Origin: Betaproteobacteria bacterium | GTDB lineage: Bacteria > Pseudomonadota > Gammaproteobacteria > Burkholderiales > SG8-39 | NCBI GenBank assembly: GCA_004298385.1 | Contig: SCTX01000057.1 | Coordinates: 515 to 64,514 of the forward strand | DNA length: 64,000 nt | Reading direction: 5' to 3' | In this document: positions 45,903 to 53,481 of the stretch, in pieces | How the letters are laid out: every line of letters starts with the position of its first letter | How positions within the stretch are numbered: position 1 is the stretch's first letter | Position numbers and translations under genes: made by a program | Notes under the pieces: generated by a model | Databases searched by the model: none | What the model saw: the letters and a program-made list of their open reading frames with translations, nothing else | What the model was told of the DNA's origin: nothing

Positions 45903-47633
45903 TCAGGCGTTGGCGTTGAGTTTGTCGAGCAACTGCTGCGCCTTTTCCGGGTTCTCGACACGCAGGATCCGGTTCGCGAGTTGCGCGAGCTTGGCGAGGT
46001 CGGTCCTCAGCACCTGCTGCTTGATCGCGAGCAGGTTTGCCGGATGCATGGAAAACTGGCGCAACCCGAAGCCGAGCAACAGCCGCGTCAGCGTGACGTC
46101 GCCCGCCATTTCGCCGCACACCGCCACCGGCACCCGCATGCGTGCGCCGGTCCTGATGGTGTGGGCGATCAGATGCAGCACCGCCGGGTGCAGCGGGTTA
46201 TACAGGTGCGATACGCTGTCGTCGGTGCGGTCTATGGCGAGGGTATACTGGATCAGGTCGTTGGTGCCGATGGAAAGAAAATCGAGTTTGCGCACGAACA
46301 CGCCGAGAGCGAGCGCGGCCGCCGGCACCTCGATCATGCCGCCGATCTGGATGCCGCGGTCGTAGGGCAGATTCTGCTCGTCCAGCAATTCCTTTGATTG
46401 GGTGATCATGGCGAGCGCCTGTTCGATCTCGTGCGCGTGCGCCAGCATCGGAATCAGCAGGCGGATCTTGCCGTAGTTCGAAGCGCGCAGAATGGCGCGC
46501 AACTGCGTCAGGAACATCTGCGGCTCCGCCAGGCACAGCCGGATCGCGCGCAATCCCATCGCTGGGTTGGGCCCGCTCCTTGCGCCGCCGTTCACGGTCT
46601 TGTCCGTGCCCAGATCGAGCGTGCGTATGGTCACCGGCATGCCGTGCATCGCCTGCGCCACATGCCGGTAGGCTTCGAACTGCTCGTCTTCACTCGGCAA
46701 ATCGTCGCGATTGAGGAACAGGAACTCGCTGCGGAACAGTCCCACGCCGGTGGCGCCGGACTCGCGCACCTGCTCGATGTCCTGCGGCAGCTCGATGTTG
46801 GCGTGCAGGTCTATGGCGGTGCCGTCGCGGGTGGTGGCAGGCGTCGCGCGGATGCGCTTCAGCTTCTGCCGCGCCAGCTCGAGCTCGCTCTGGCGCTGCT
46901 TGTACTCCTTGAGCACCAGCTCGTCCGGAGCAACGATGAGCACGCCGTGCACGCCGTCGACGATCACCAGCTCGCCTTCGCGCACCATCTGCCGCGCCGT
47001 GTGCGCGCCGACGATGGCCGGGATGTTGAGACTGCGCGCCACGATGGCCGTGTGGGAGGTGACGCCGCCCAGGTCGGTCACGAAGCCGGCGTACTGGTGC
47101 TGCTTGAACAGGATCATATCCGCCGGCGACAGGTCATGCGCCACCACGATCAGGCTTTTCTCGTGTGCGGGCGCGCCGCTCGCGCGGCCCGGCTGGGCCA
47201 TCAGGACTTTGAGCACCCGCTCCACTACCTGCACCACGTCCGCCTTCCTTTCACGCAGGTAGGGGTCCTCGATTTTCTCGAATTGCGCCACCAGGTGGTC
47301 CATCTGCGCAACCAGAGCCCATTCGGCGTTGCAGTGCAGGCTACGGATCAACTCGCGCGGCGCGTGCGACAGGGTCGAATCATCGAGGATCATCAGATGC
47401 AGGTTGAGGAATGCGCCAAGCTCGGTCGGCGCGCTTGCGGGGACGCTGCGGCGCAGCGCCTGCAGCTCCGCGCGCACGTGTTCCACCGCCACCGAGAAGC
47501 GCATCACCTCCAGCTCGAGGTGCTCCGGCGCGATCGCATAATGCGCCACTTCCAGCCGCGCGCTGGAGATCAGGTGCGCCTGGCCGATCGCGATGCCGCC
47601 GCCCGCACCGGAGCCATGGAGGGTAAAGCTCAC
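45903..47633 (-). CDS. ptsI: Phosphoenolpyruvate-protein phosphotransferase (PTS enzyme I)
   Basis: 576 aa. Phospho-His region GGVTSHTAIVARSL, PEP-utilising domain GTNDL and MIE.P blocks. Confidence 0.95.
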   Translation of the reverse strand: MSFTLHGSGAGGGIAIGQAHLISSARLEVAHYAIAPEHLELEVMRFSVAVEHVRAELQALRRSVPASAPTELGAFLNLHLMILDDSTLSHAPRELIRSLHCNAEWALVAQMDHLVAQFEKIEDPYLRERKADVVQVVERVLKVLMAQPGRASGAPAHEKSLIVVAHDLSPADMILFKQHQYAGFVTDLGGVTSHTAIVARSLNIPAIVGAHTARQMVREGELVIVDGVHGVLIVAPDELVLKEYKQRQSELELARQKLKRIRATPATTRDGTAIDLHANIELPQDIEQVRESGATGVGLFRSEFLFLNRDDLPSEDEQFEAYRHVAQAMHGMPVTIRTLDLGTDKTVNGGARSGPNPAMGLRAIRLCLAEPQMFLTQLRAILRASNYGKIRLLIPMLAHAHEIEQALAMITQSKELLDEQNLPYDRGIQIGGMIEVPAAALALGVFVRKLDFLSIGTNDLIQYTLAIDRTDDSVSHLYNPLHPAVLHLIAHTIRTGARMRVPVAVCGEMAGDVTLTRLLLGFGLRQFSMHPANLLAIKQQVLRTDLAKLAQLANRILRVENPEKAQQLLDKLNANA

Positions 47634-47908
47634 TCGTCTTCCCCGAATTTCCCGGCGATCAATTTCACGATCGCCTGCAACGCCGCGTCGGCGTCGCTGC
47701 CGTCGATTTCGATGCCGATCATGCTGCCCTTGCCGGCGGCGAGCATCATCACGCCCATAATGCTCTTGGCGTTGACGCGCCGGCCGTGACGCGTGAGCCA
47801 GATCTCGCTCTGATACCCGCTCGCCAATTGCGTTAGCTTGGCTGATGCGCGCGCGTGCAATCCCAGCTTGTTGACGATCTCAACCTCGGTTTGCGGCATT
47901 GCAGGCAT
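47630..47908 (-). CDS. HPr-family phosphocarrier protein
   Basis: About 90 aa with active-site GLHARAS and a regulatory-Ser region KSIMGVM. Overlaps the ptsI start by 4 nt. Confidence 0.92.
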   Translation of the reverse strand: MPAMPQTEVEIVNKLGLHARASAKLTQLASGYQSEIWLTRHGRRVNAKSIMGVMMLAAGKGSMIGIEIDGSDADAALQAIVKLIAGKFGEDE

Positions 47909-48293
47909 CGGTATTCATGTGCACCACCCCCGCCTGCCCGCCGCTTATGGCTTTGGCGGTAACGGCGGCGAGCGGTTCTTCGCGATAGGTCAGGGCGCGG
48001 ATCAGCATCGGCAGGTTGACGCCTGAGACGCCTTCGACCCTGCCCGGCGCGAGCAGGCGCGTGGCGATATTGGAGGGCGTGGCGCCGAGGATGTCGGTGA
48101 ACACCAGCACGCCCTGGCCTTCGTCGAGCTGCTTCACCAGCTCCTCGGCCTGCGGCAGGATGGCCTCCGGATCATCGTGCATGGTGACGCCGAGCTGGCG
48201 CACCCGCGTCGGGCGCTTGGAGAGCACATGGCTTGCGCAATGGATCAGGGCTTCGCCGAACGCCCCGTGGGAAACAATCAGGATTCCGATCAT
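47880..48293 (-). CDS. PTS EIIA component, mannose/fructose (EIIA-Man) family
   Basis: Start at MIGILIVSHGAFGEAL (phospho-His in VSHG). About 137 aa. No EIIB/C/D genes nearby. Confidence 0.88.
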   Translation of the reverse strand: MIGILIVSHGAFGEALIHCASHVLSKRPTRVRQLGVTMHDDPEAILPQAEELVKQLDEGQGVLVFTDILGATPSNIATRLLAPGRVEGVSGVNLPMLIRALTYREEPLAAVTAKAISGGQAGVVHMNTDACNAANRG

Positions 48294-48335
48294 TGCATTT
48301 ACTCCGAAATTAGGCAATTAGCGTCGGCAGTCGCT

Positions 48336-49280
48336 TTAGGCGGCGCACGCTTTCTCCAGCGCGTCGATGAATATCCCGGCGACGTTGCAGCCGGTCTGCT
48401 CCCGGATTTCCTGAAAGCAGGTCGGGCTGGTGACGTTGATTTCGGTGAGGTAATCGCCGATCACGTCCAGGCCCACCAGCAACAGGCCGCGCCGCGCGAG
48501 CTCCGGGCCGAGCGCGACGGCAATCTCCAGGTCGCGCGCTGACAGCGGCTGCGCCACGCCGGTGCCGCCCGCGGCGAGGTTGCCGCGCGATTCGCCCGGT
48601 TTGGGGATGCGCGCGAGGCTGTAGGGCACGGGCTCTCCCGCGATCAACAGGATGCGCTTGTCGCCATCGCGTATTTCCGGAATATAGCGCTGCGCCATGA
48701 TGGAGCGCGTGCCGTGCCGGGTCAGCGTCTCGACGATCACATTGCGGTTGGGGTCGGCGTCGGTGACGCGAAACACCTGCGCCCCGCCCATGCCGTCCAG
48801 CGGCTTCACCACCACGTCGGCGTATTCGTCGATGAAAGCGTGGATCTGCTTCTCCAGCCGCGTCACCAGAGTCGGGGCGGTGAAGCGCGGAAACTCCGCG
48901 ATGGCGAGCTTTTCGCTGTGGTCGCGCAGGGCGCGCGGATCGTTGAATACCCTCGCGCCCTCGCGGCCCGCGATCTCCAGCAGCCAACTGGCGGTCACGT
49001 ACTCGATGTCGAAGGGCGGATCCTTGCGCATCAGCACTGCGTCGAAGTCGGCCAGCGGGTTTTCGCGCGGCAGATCGATGCGGTACCAGCGCTCCTTGTC
49101 GCCGGTCAATTCGAGGCGGCAGGCCTCGCCGATGACGCGGCCGCGCTTCCACATCACCCCGTCCTCCATCAGCGTGTGCAACTCATGGCCGCGACTTGCT
49201 GCCTCGACCATCATCGCATAGGTCGTGTCCTTGTAGGTCTTGATCCCGTCCAGCGGATCGAGGATGATCGCTATCTTCAT
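48336..49280 (-). CDS. gshB: Glutathione synthase (ATP-grasp)
   Basis: Start at MKIAIILDPLDGIKTYKDTTYAMM. C-terminal LVGLDVIGDYLTEINVTSPT is typical of GshB. Confidence 0.95.
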   Translation of the reverse strand: MKIAIILDPLDGIKTYKDTTYAMMVEAASRGHELHTLMEDGVMWKRGRVIGEACRLELTGDKERWYRIDLPRENPLADFDAVLMRKDPPFDIEYVTASWLLEIAGREGARVFNDPRALRDHSEKLAIAEFPRFTAPTLVTRLEKQIHAFIDEYADVVVKPLDGMGGAQVFRVTDADPNRNVIVETLTRHGTRSIMAQRYIPEIRDGDKRILLIAGEPVPYSLARIPKPGESRGNLAAGGTGVAQPLSARDLEIAVALGPELARRGLLLVGLDVIGDYLTEINVTSPTCFQEIREQTGCNVAGIFIDALEKACAA

Positions 49281-49402
49281 GGTGCGAAGCGCAACGCGTG
49301 CGGCCAGATAAGCCGAGAAAGTAATTCTAACAGCGACGCGGAGCGGGCGCCGGCAGGCGTGGCGCGGGAAAGGAATCCCCGCCCTGCGTCGCGTCGGCAA
49401 AA

Positions 49403-49434
49403 GGAAAAATAATAAGGGCGGACCGACCGCCTTT
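49403..49434 (-). terminator. Intrinsic terminator downstream of the cytochrome c gene
   Basis: Minus strand: AAGGCGG-TCGGT-CCGCCCTT followed by ATTATTTTTCC. The plus-strand reading also ends in TTTTCT, so it may act bidirectionally. Confidence 0.65.
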
Positions 49435-49458
49435 TCTCGTGTCGCGCAGACCCGGCCG

Positions 49459-50298
49459 CTACTTGGCCAGGCCCATCAGGTAATCGACCGCGGCTTTGAC
49501 GTCGGCGTCGGCGAGAGCGGTGTTGCCGCCCTTGGCGGGCATCGCGCCCTTGCCCTTGAGCGCGCTGACGTAGAGCGCATTCATGCCGCTCTTCAGGCGC
49601 GGCGCCCAGGCGGCCTTGTCGCCCGGCTTGGGGGCGTCCGCTATGCCGGCGCCGTGACAGACGGCGCAGGCGGATTCGTAGATCTTCTTGCCGTCGGCTT
49701 TGCCGGCCGCGGGAGCGCCTGCAGCAACTTTCTCCGGCGCTGGCGTCTTGTCCTGCGCCGGAGCAGCGGCTGGGGCTTTCTCCGGCGCGGGGGCGGCGGG
49801 ATCCTTGAACCTGCCTCCGGCGCTATTGGCCATATAGACCACCGCGCGCTCGATCTCCAGGTCGCTCAACCCGGCGCCGCCGCCGCGCGGAGGCATCGCG
49901 CCCTGGCCCTTGATTGCCGTCGCGACCAGATGCTTCTGCCCCTCCTTGAGGCGCGAGGTCCAGCCGCTCTTGTCGCCGAATTTAGGCGCTCCGGCCACGC
50001 CGGTCGCATGGCAGGCGCTGCATACCGACTTGTAGATGTCTTCGCCGCTTTTCGGCCCCTGAGCCGCGTCGCCCGCATTGTCGAAGGCCACGTTGCCTAC
50101 CGGTTTCAGTCGTTTGGCCACGGCTTCGGGCGCCAAGGCCGGACTGGCCTTGTCGACGCTACGCATGTTGGCTATAAATTGCGTCACCAGCACGACAATC
50201 ACGATCGGCACCAGAGCCGTGAGCGCGAGCAAGGTGATCACCTGCTTCGGCGTATCGAATTGGATCTTGTCCTCGGTACCGTGCTCGTTCTCGCTCAT
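49459..50298 (-). CDS. Membrane-anchored dihaem cytochrome c (two cytochrome c5-type domains)
   Basis: Start at MSENEHG. One TM helix. Two haem motifs, CSACHATGVAGAPKFGDKSGW and CAVCHGAGIADAPKPGDKAAW, each followed by GAMPP/GAMPA (Met ligand). Confidence 0.9.
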   Translation of the reverse strand: MSENEHGTEDKIQFDTPKQVITLLALTALVPIVIVVLVTQFIANMRSVDKASPALAPEAVAKRLKPVGNVAFDNAGDAAQGPKSGEDIYKSVCSACHATGVAGAPKFGDKSGWTSRLKEGQKHLVATAIKGQGAMPPRGGGAGLSDLEIERAVVYMANSAGGRFKDPAAPAPEKAPAAAPAQDKTPAPEKVAAGAPAAGKADGKKIYESACAVCHGAGIADAPKPGDKAAWAPRLKSGMNALYVSALKGKGAMPAKGGNTALADADVKAAVDYLMGLAK

Positions 50299-50407
50299 GG
50301 GCTTCCTAACTCTTTGCAAACACGCGCATTATAGTAGCAAATCCCCTCCCCCTGAAAGAACTGCCGCATGGAGAGATGGGGCAAAAGCCGGTATACTTTG
50401 GCCTCAC

Positions 50408-50484
50408 GCGCCCGTAGCTCAGTTGGATAGAGTGTTGGTTTCCGAAGCCAAAGGTCACAGGTTCGACTCCTGTCGGGCGCGCCA
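50408..50484 (+). tRNA. tRNA-Arg (anticodon CCG)
   Basis: Cloverleaf read by hand: acceptor GCGCCCG/CGGGCGC, D-arm GCTC AGTTGGATA GAGT, anticodon stem TTGGT/GCCAA with loop TTCCGAA, T-arm ACAGG TTCGACT CCTGT, discriminator G, encoded CCA. Confidence 0.92.
50458..50484 (+). repeat. Left copy of the 27-bp direct repeat (3' end of tRNA-Arg); attL-like
   Basis: CAGGTTCGACTCCTGTCGGGCGCGCCA is identical to 52253-52279. Confidence 0.9.
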
Positions 50485-50522
50485 AATCCGCCATGCACAA
50501 TCAACGCAGAACGCGGGAATCG

Positions 50523-50903
50523 CTACGTCGTCCTGCCCTTGCGCCCCAGTTTCTCGCCCTTGCCGCGCGTACCCACCGGCACCCCGGCCTCTACGGCCGT
50601 CAAGCCGCTCAGTATCACGGGCGGGCGATTGGGAAATTCCGCAACCAGTCGCAACTTCCCCCCCATCGCCTCGACGTACCCGCGCAGCGTTGAGATCAGC
50701 AAATCGCTGCGTTTCTCAAGACGCGAGATACCATCTTGCCCGATCCCGAGTTCCTCGGCCATCTTCTCCTGTGTTAGGGCCAGAGCGCGCCGCAAGTCGC
50801 AAAGTGACTTTTCATCTTCAATGAGCTCGGCCGTGCGCGCTTCCACTTTCTTACGCCGCGCCGGGCTCAGCGCTGCCAGCTTCTGTTCCAATGATTTAGC
50901 CAT
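50523..50903 (-). CDS. XRE-family HTH antitoxin (HigA-like)
   Basis: 126 aa with HTH LRRALALTQEKMAEELGIGQDGISRLEKR. Overlaps the upstream toxin gene by 8 nt (toxin-first order, as in higBA). Confidence 0.85.
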   Translation of the reverse strand: MAKSLEQKLAALSPARRKKVEARTAELIEDEKSLCDLRRALALTQEKMAEELGIGQDGISRLEKRSDLLISTLRGYVEAMGGKLRLVAEFPNRPPVILSGLTAVEAGVPVGTRGKGEKLGRKGRTT

Positions 50904-51294
50904 CGCTCTTTCTCCTTTCCTTCTCGACGCGCGTCACGTGCTCATCGAAGCGCGCGCCCGCTTTCTTGATGAGTTGGCGATAAAACCGCTTTTCGCTGCC
51001 GCCCGATTTAGCGCCACCCACCAGCAGAATCGCCTGCCGCTTGGGGTCAAAGGCGAAGGCGATGCGCCACACGCCGTCCGCAGCGTCGAACCGCAGTTCT
51101 TTCATGTTCGCGTGACGCGATCCTTTCAGCGTATCCACGCGCGGCCAGCCCAATGCCGGCCCGAATTGCTTTAGCAGCCCCATGTGGGCCAACACTTCGT
51201 CCTGCACCGCGACCGGCAAATCGTTCAACTCGGCGTCGAAAGCGTCATGCAGCAGCACAGCCCACTCATGGTATAAATATACCTTTAATGACAT
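50896..51294 (-). CDS. RelE/ParE-superfamily toxin (HigB / Gp49-like)
   Basis: Start at MSLKVYLYHEW (133 aa). Core LRFDAADGVWRIAFAFDPKRQAILLVGGAKSG..EKRFYRQLI is characteristic of this toxin family. Confidence 0.8.
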   Translation of the reverse strand: MSLKVYLYHEWAVLLHDAFDAELNDLPVAVQDEVLAHMGLLKQFGPALGWPRVDTLKGSRHANMKELRFDAADGVWRIAFAFDPKRQAILLVGGAKSGGSEKRFYRQLIKKAGARFDEHVTRVEKERRKSDG

Positions 51295-51498
51295 ATGGTG
51301 TAAAATGCATAAAACACGGGCAAGAAAGAGGCGCTTCATGCGTTTCAAACGTTGGCGCGAATACCGGTATGCATCAACCGCGATTTTGGAGCCCTCCTGT
51401 ACCATCGCATCTTGAACAGCGTCTCGCGTTCTCGGTCTGAGCAGGCGCCAGCGACAGTGATAAAATGAAAGCATTTGTAGCCGTCGGATCGGACCGCC

Positions 51499-51711
51499 AT
51501 GCTTGAAGTGAAACTTACCCCCGAACTGGATACTGCCTTGTCGCGGGAGGCCAGGCGCGCGCGCAAATCCAAGGCTACCCTGGTGCTAGACGCCGTGGCA
51601 CAGTACCTGCAGGACGCCGACGACTATCAGGCCGTGCTCGCATCGCGCAAACACCGCGGCCGCACCGCCACGCTCGATCAGGTGAAGCAGCGCCTTTGCC
51701 TGGGCGGTTAG
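51499..51711 (+). CDS. Ribbon-helix-helix (RelB/CopG-like) antitoxin
   Basis: 70 aa. N-terminal beta-strand/helix MLEVKLTPELDTALSREARRARKSKATLVLDAV is typical of RHH antitoxins. Immediately precedes the relE-like frame. Confidence 0.75.
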   Translation: MLEVKLTPELDTALSREARRARKSKATLVLDAVAQYLQDADDYQAVLASRKHRGRTATLDQVKQRLCLGG

Positions 51712-51952
51712 ATTCACTGCGGCTGCTGAAAAGCAGCTCTCCAAGCTCGACCGGCCGGTACAGCGCCGGATACTCAGGTTCCTCGAAGAGATTGCCCAGG
51801 GCGACGCGCGCGGCAAGGGCAAAGCCATGCAAGGCGACGCGCACGCCTGGCGGTATCGCGTGGGCGATTACCGCATTGTCTGTGACCTAGTCGATCGTGA
51901 ACTGGTGGTGTATGTGATCCGCGTCGGCCATCGCGGCGAGGTCTACCGCTAG
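51686..51952 (+). pseudogene. RelE/ParE-family toxin gene without a recognisable start codon
   Basis: Open frame ...WAVRFTAAAEKQLSKLDRPVQRRILRFLEEIAQ...WRYRVGDYRIVCDLVDRELVVYVIRVGHRGEVYR* is a clear RelE fold signature. There is no ATG/GTG/TTG between the upstream in-frame TGA (51683) and residue 48. Confidence 0.65.
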
Positions 51953-52070
51953 CGATTCTGCCGGTGGCCGTCGACGAACTCGCTAGCGGGTTCACCTGGT
52001 CAACTCGCCAGCAGGTTTTTCCGGATCCGCGCAAACTCGCTAGCCTCTCTCCTCGAGGCAAACCGCTAGC
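51947..52070 (+). repeat. Cluster of four CGCTAGC motifs plus one CGCCAGC variant, with shared flanks (AACTCGCTAGC)
   Basis: Motifs at 51947, 51981, 52006 (variant), 52038 and 52064, spaced 25-34 bp apart, in the non-coding tail of the islet just before the right repeat. Confidence 0.6.
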
Positions 52071-52252
52071 CCCTGCAGCATCGCCGGAAATGACGAGAGG
52101 ATTCCGATCAATCAGTGAGTCATCGACTAGGCTGCGGATCGTTTGTGACACGGCCAGTGACACAGCCCGCGAAAAGGTTCAAAATCACCCCGTTGTTAGC
52201 GCCTGACTCAGAGGCAGGCGAATACGAGACTTCGCGCCTTTTCGCCGTTGAG

Positions 52253-52279
52253 CAGGTTCGACTCCTGTCGGGCGCGCCA
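52253..52279 (+). repeat. Right copy of the 27-bp direct repeat (attR-like tRNA fragment)
   Basis: Identical to 50458-50484. The upstream sequence does not fold into the rest of a tRNA. Confidence 0.9.
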
Positions 52280-52436
52280 TTACCGCCGCGTATTTGCGAA
52301 GCTGCGCCGCCTACTGCTTCCGCAAAGCCCTGCGCGTGGCCCTCTGCTAGGAGATCGACGGTTGGGGCCCGATCATCAAGAAAGCGGGCGTTTGCGCCGG
52401 CTGAAATGCGGCGTGCACAACAACCAGGAGCGCAGC

Positions 52437-53009
52437 ATGAGCGCCATCAGCCGTTACCCCGTACCCAGGCTCGAAGACTTGCCGCAGGACATGCGCGAGC
52501 GCATCGTCGCAGTGCAAGAGAAGGCCGGCTTCGTGCCCAACGTGTTCCTCACGCTCGCCCACCGTCCGGACGAGTTTCGCGCCTTCTTCGCCCTCCACGA
52601 CGCGCTGATGGAAAAAGACAGCGGCCTGACCAAGGCCGAGCGCGAGATGATCGTGGTTGCGACGAGCGGCGCCAACCAGTGCCAGTACTGCGTGGTTGCC
52701 CACGGCGCCATCCTGCGCATCCGCGCCAAGAACCCGCTCATCGCCGATCAGGTGGCGGTCAACTACCGTAAGGCCGACATCACGCCGAGGCAGCGTGCCA
52801 TGCTCGACTTCGCCATGAAGATCGCGCTCGAGCCCTGGACCACGGGCGACGCCGATTTCGAGGTCCTGCACGGCCACGGCTTTTCCGACGAGGATATCTG
52901 GGATATCGGCGCCGTCGCCGGGTTCTTCGCGCTGTCGAACCGCATGGCCAACCTGATCAGCATGCGTCCCAACGACGAGTTCTATACCATGGGCCGCGAG
53001 CGGCGCTGA
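52437..53009 (+). CDS. AhpD-like / carboxymuconolactone decarboxylase-family peroxidase-related enzyme
   Basis: Start at MSAISRYPVPRLEDLPQDMRE (190 aa). Redox motif ANQCQYCVVAH (CxxC-H) is typical of the AhpD-like fold. Confidence 0.85.
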   Translation: MSAISRYPVPRLEDLPQDMRERIVAVQEKAGFVPNVFLTLAHRPDEFRAFFALHDALMEKDSGLTKAEREMIVVATSGANQCQYCVVAHGAILRIRAKNPLIADQVAVNYRKADITPRQRAMLDFAMKIALEPWTTGDADFEVLHGHGFSDEDIWDIGAVAGFFALSNRMANLISMRPNDEFYTMGRERR

Positions 53010-53014
53010 CGAAG

Positions 53015-53407
53015 ATGCGGCTTGTGCTTGTCTGGCTGATCAACGCGCTGTCCCTGCTGGCGGTGCCCTATGTGCTGCCTTCGGTCAGCGTAGCCAGTTT
53101 TTACATCGCGCTGGTGACGGCGCTGGTGCTGGGCCTGCTCAACACCCTGATCCGGCCGCTGCTGCTGCTCGTCACCCTGCCGATCACCATCCTCACGCTC
53201 GGCCTGTTCACCCTGGTGATCAACGGGCTCTTGTTCTGGTTCGTGGCCTCGATCGTCGAGGGTTTCCGCGTCGCCGGCTTCTGGTCCGCCTTCTGGGGCG
53301 CCATCGTCTACAGCCTCATCTCCTGCGTGGCGAGCTGGCTGCTGATCCCGAGGCCGCGACTGCCGCCACCCGAGGACTATATCGACTCGACGGCGCGTCG
53401 GCTGTAG
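53015..53407 (+). CDS. Phage_holin_4_2 (YvlD-like) family membrane protein
   Basis: 130 aa with four TM helices. N-terminus LINALSLL...Y.LP...V.SF..AL..ALVLGLLN..IRP matches this widespread family. No other phage genes nearby. Confidence 0.8.
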   Translation: MRLVLVWLINALSLLAVPYVLPSVSVASFYIALVTALVLGLLNTLIRPLLLLVTLPITILTLGLFTLVINGLLFWFVASIVEGFRVAGFWSAFWGAIVYSLISCVASWLLIPRPRLPPPEDYIDSTARRL

Positions 53408-53481
53408 CCGCGGCGCCCTCGCCGTAAGCGGTGCCAGAAGCGAACACTGGCCGAGAACCGCTTATCCGCCATGCCGAACGC

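Larger units (their letters stand above)
50485..52279. mobile_element. Integrase-less tRNA-Arg-associated islet (decayed integrative element) carrying two type II TA modules
   Basis: Bounded by the exact 27-bp tRNA 3'-end duplication. Contents are a higBA-like pair, an RHH antitoxin with a relE-like gene, and a repeat-bearing non-coding tail. No recombinase ORF on either strand. Confidence 0.7.

Noticed and set aside
51947-52070. CGCTAGC repeat cluster considered as a CRISPR array
   Set aside because: The repeats are only 7-11 nt with irregular 25-34-bp spacing, and there are no cas genes or leader. I found no CRISPR array anywhere in the window.
53015-53407. Genes labelled as phage holin family (this one and 41799-42197), considered as signs of a prophage
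   Set aside because: Both belong to widespread chromosomal membrane-protein families. There are no capsid, tail, terminase, integrase or lysis partners nearby.
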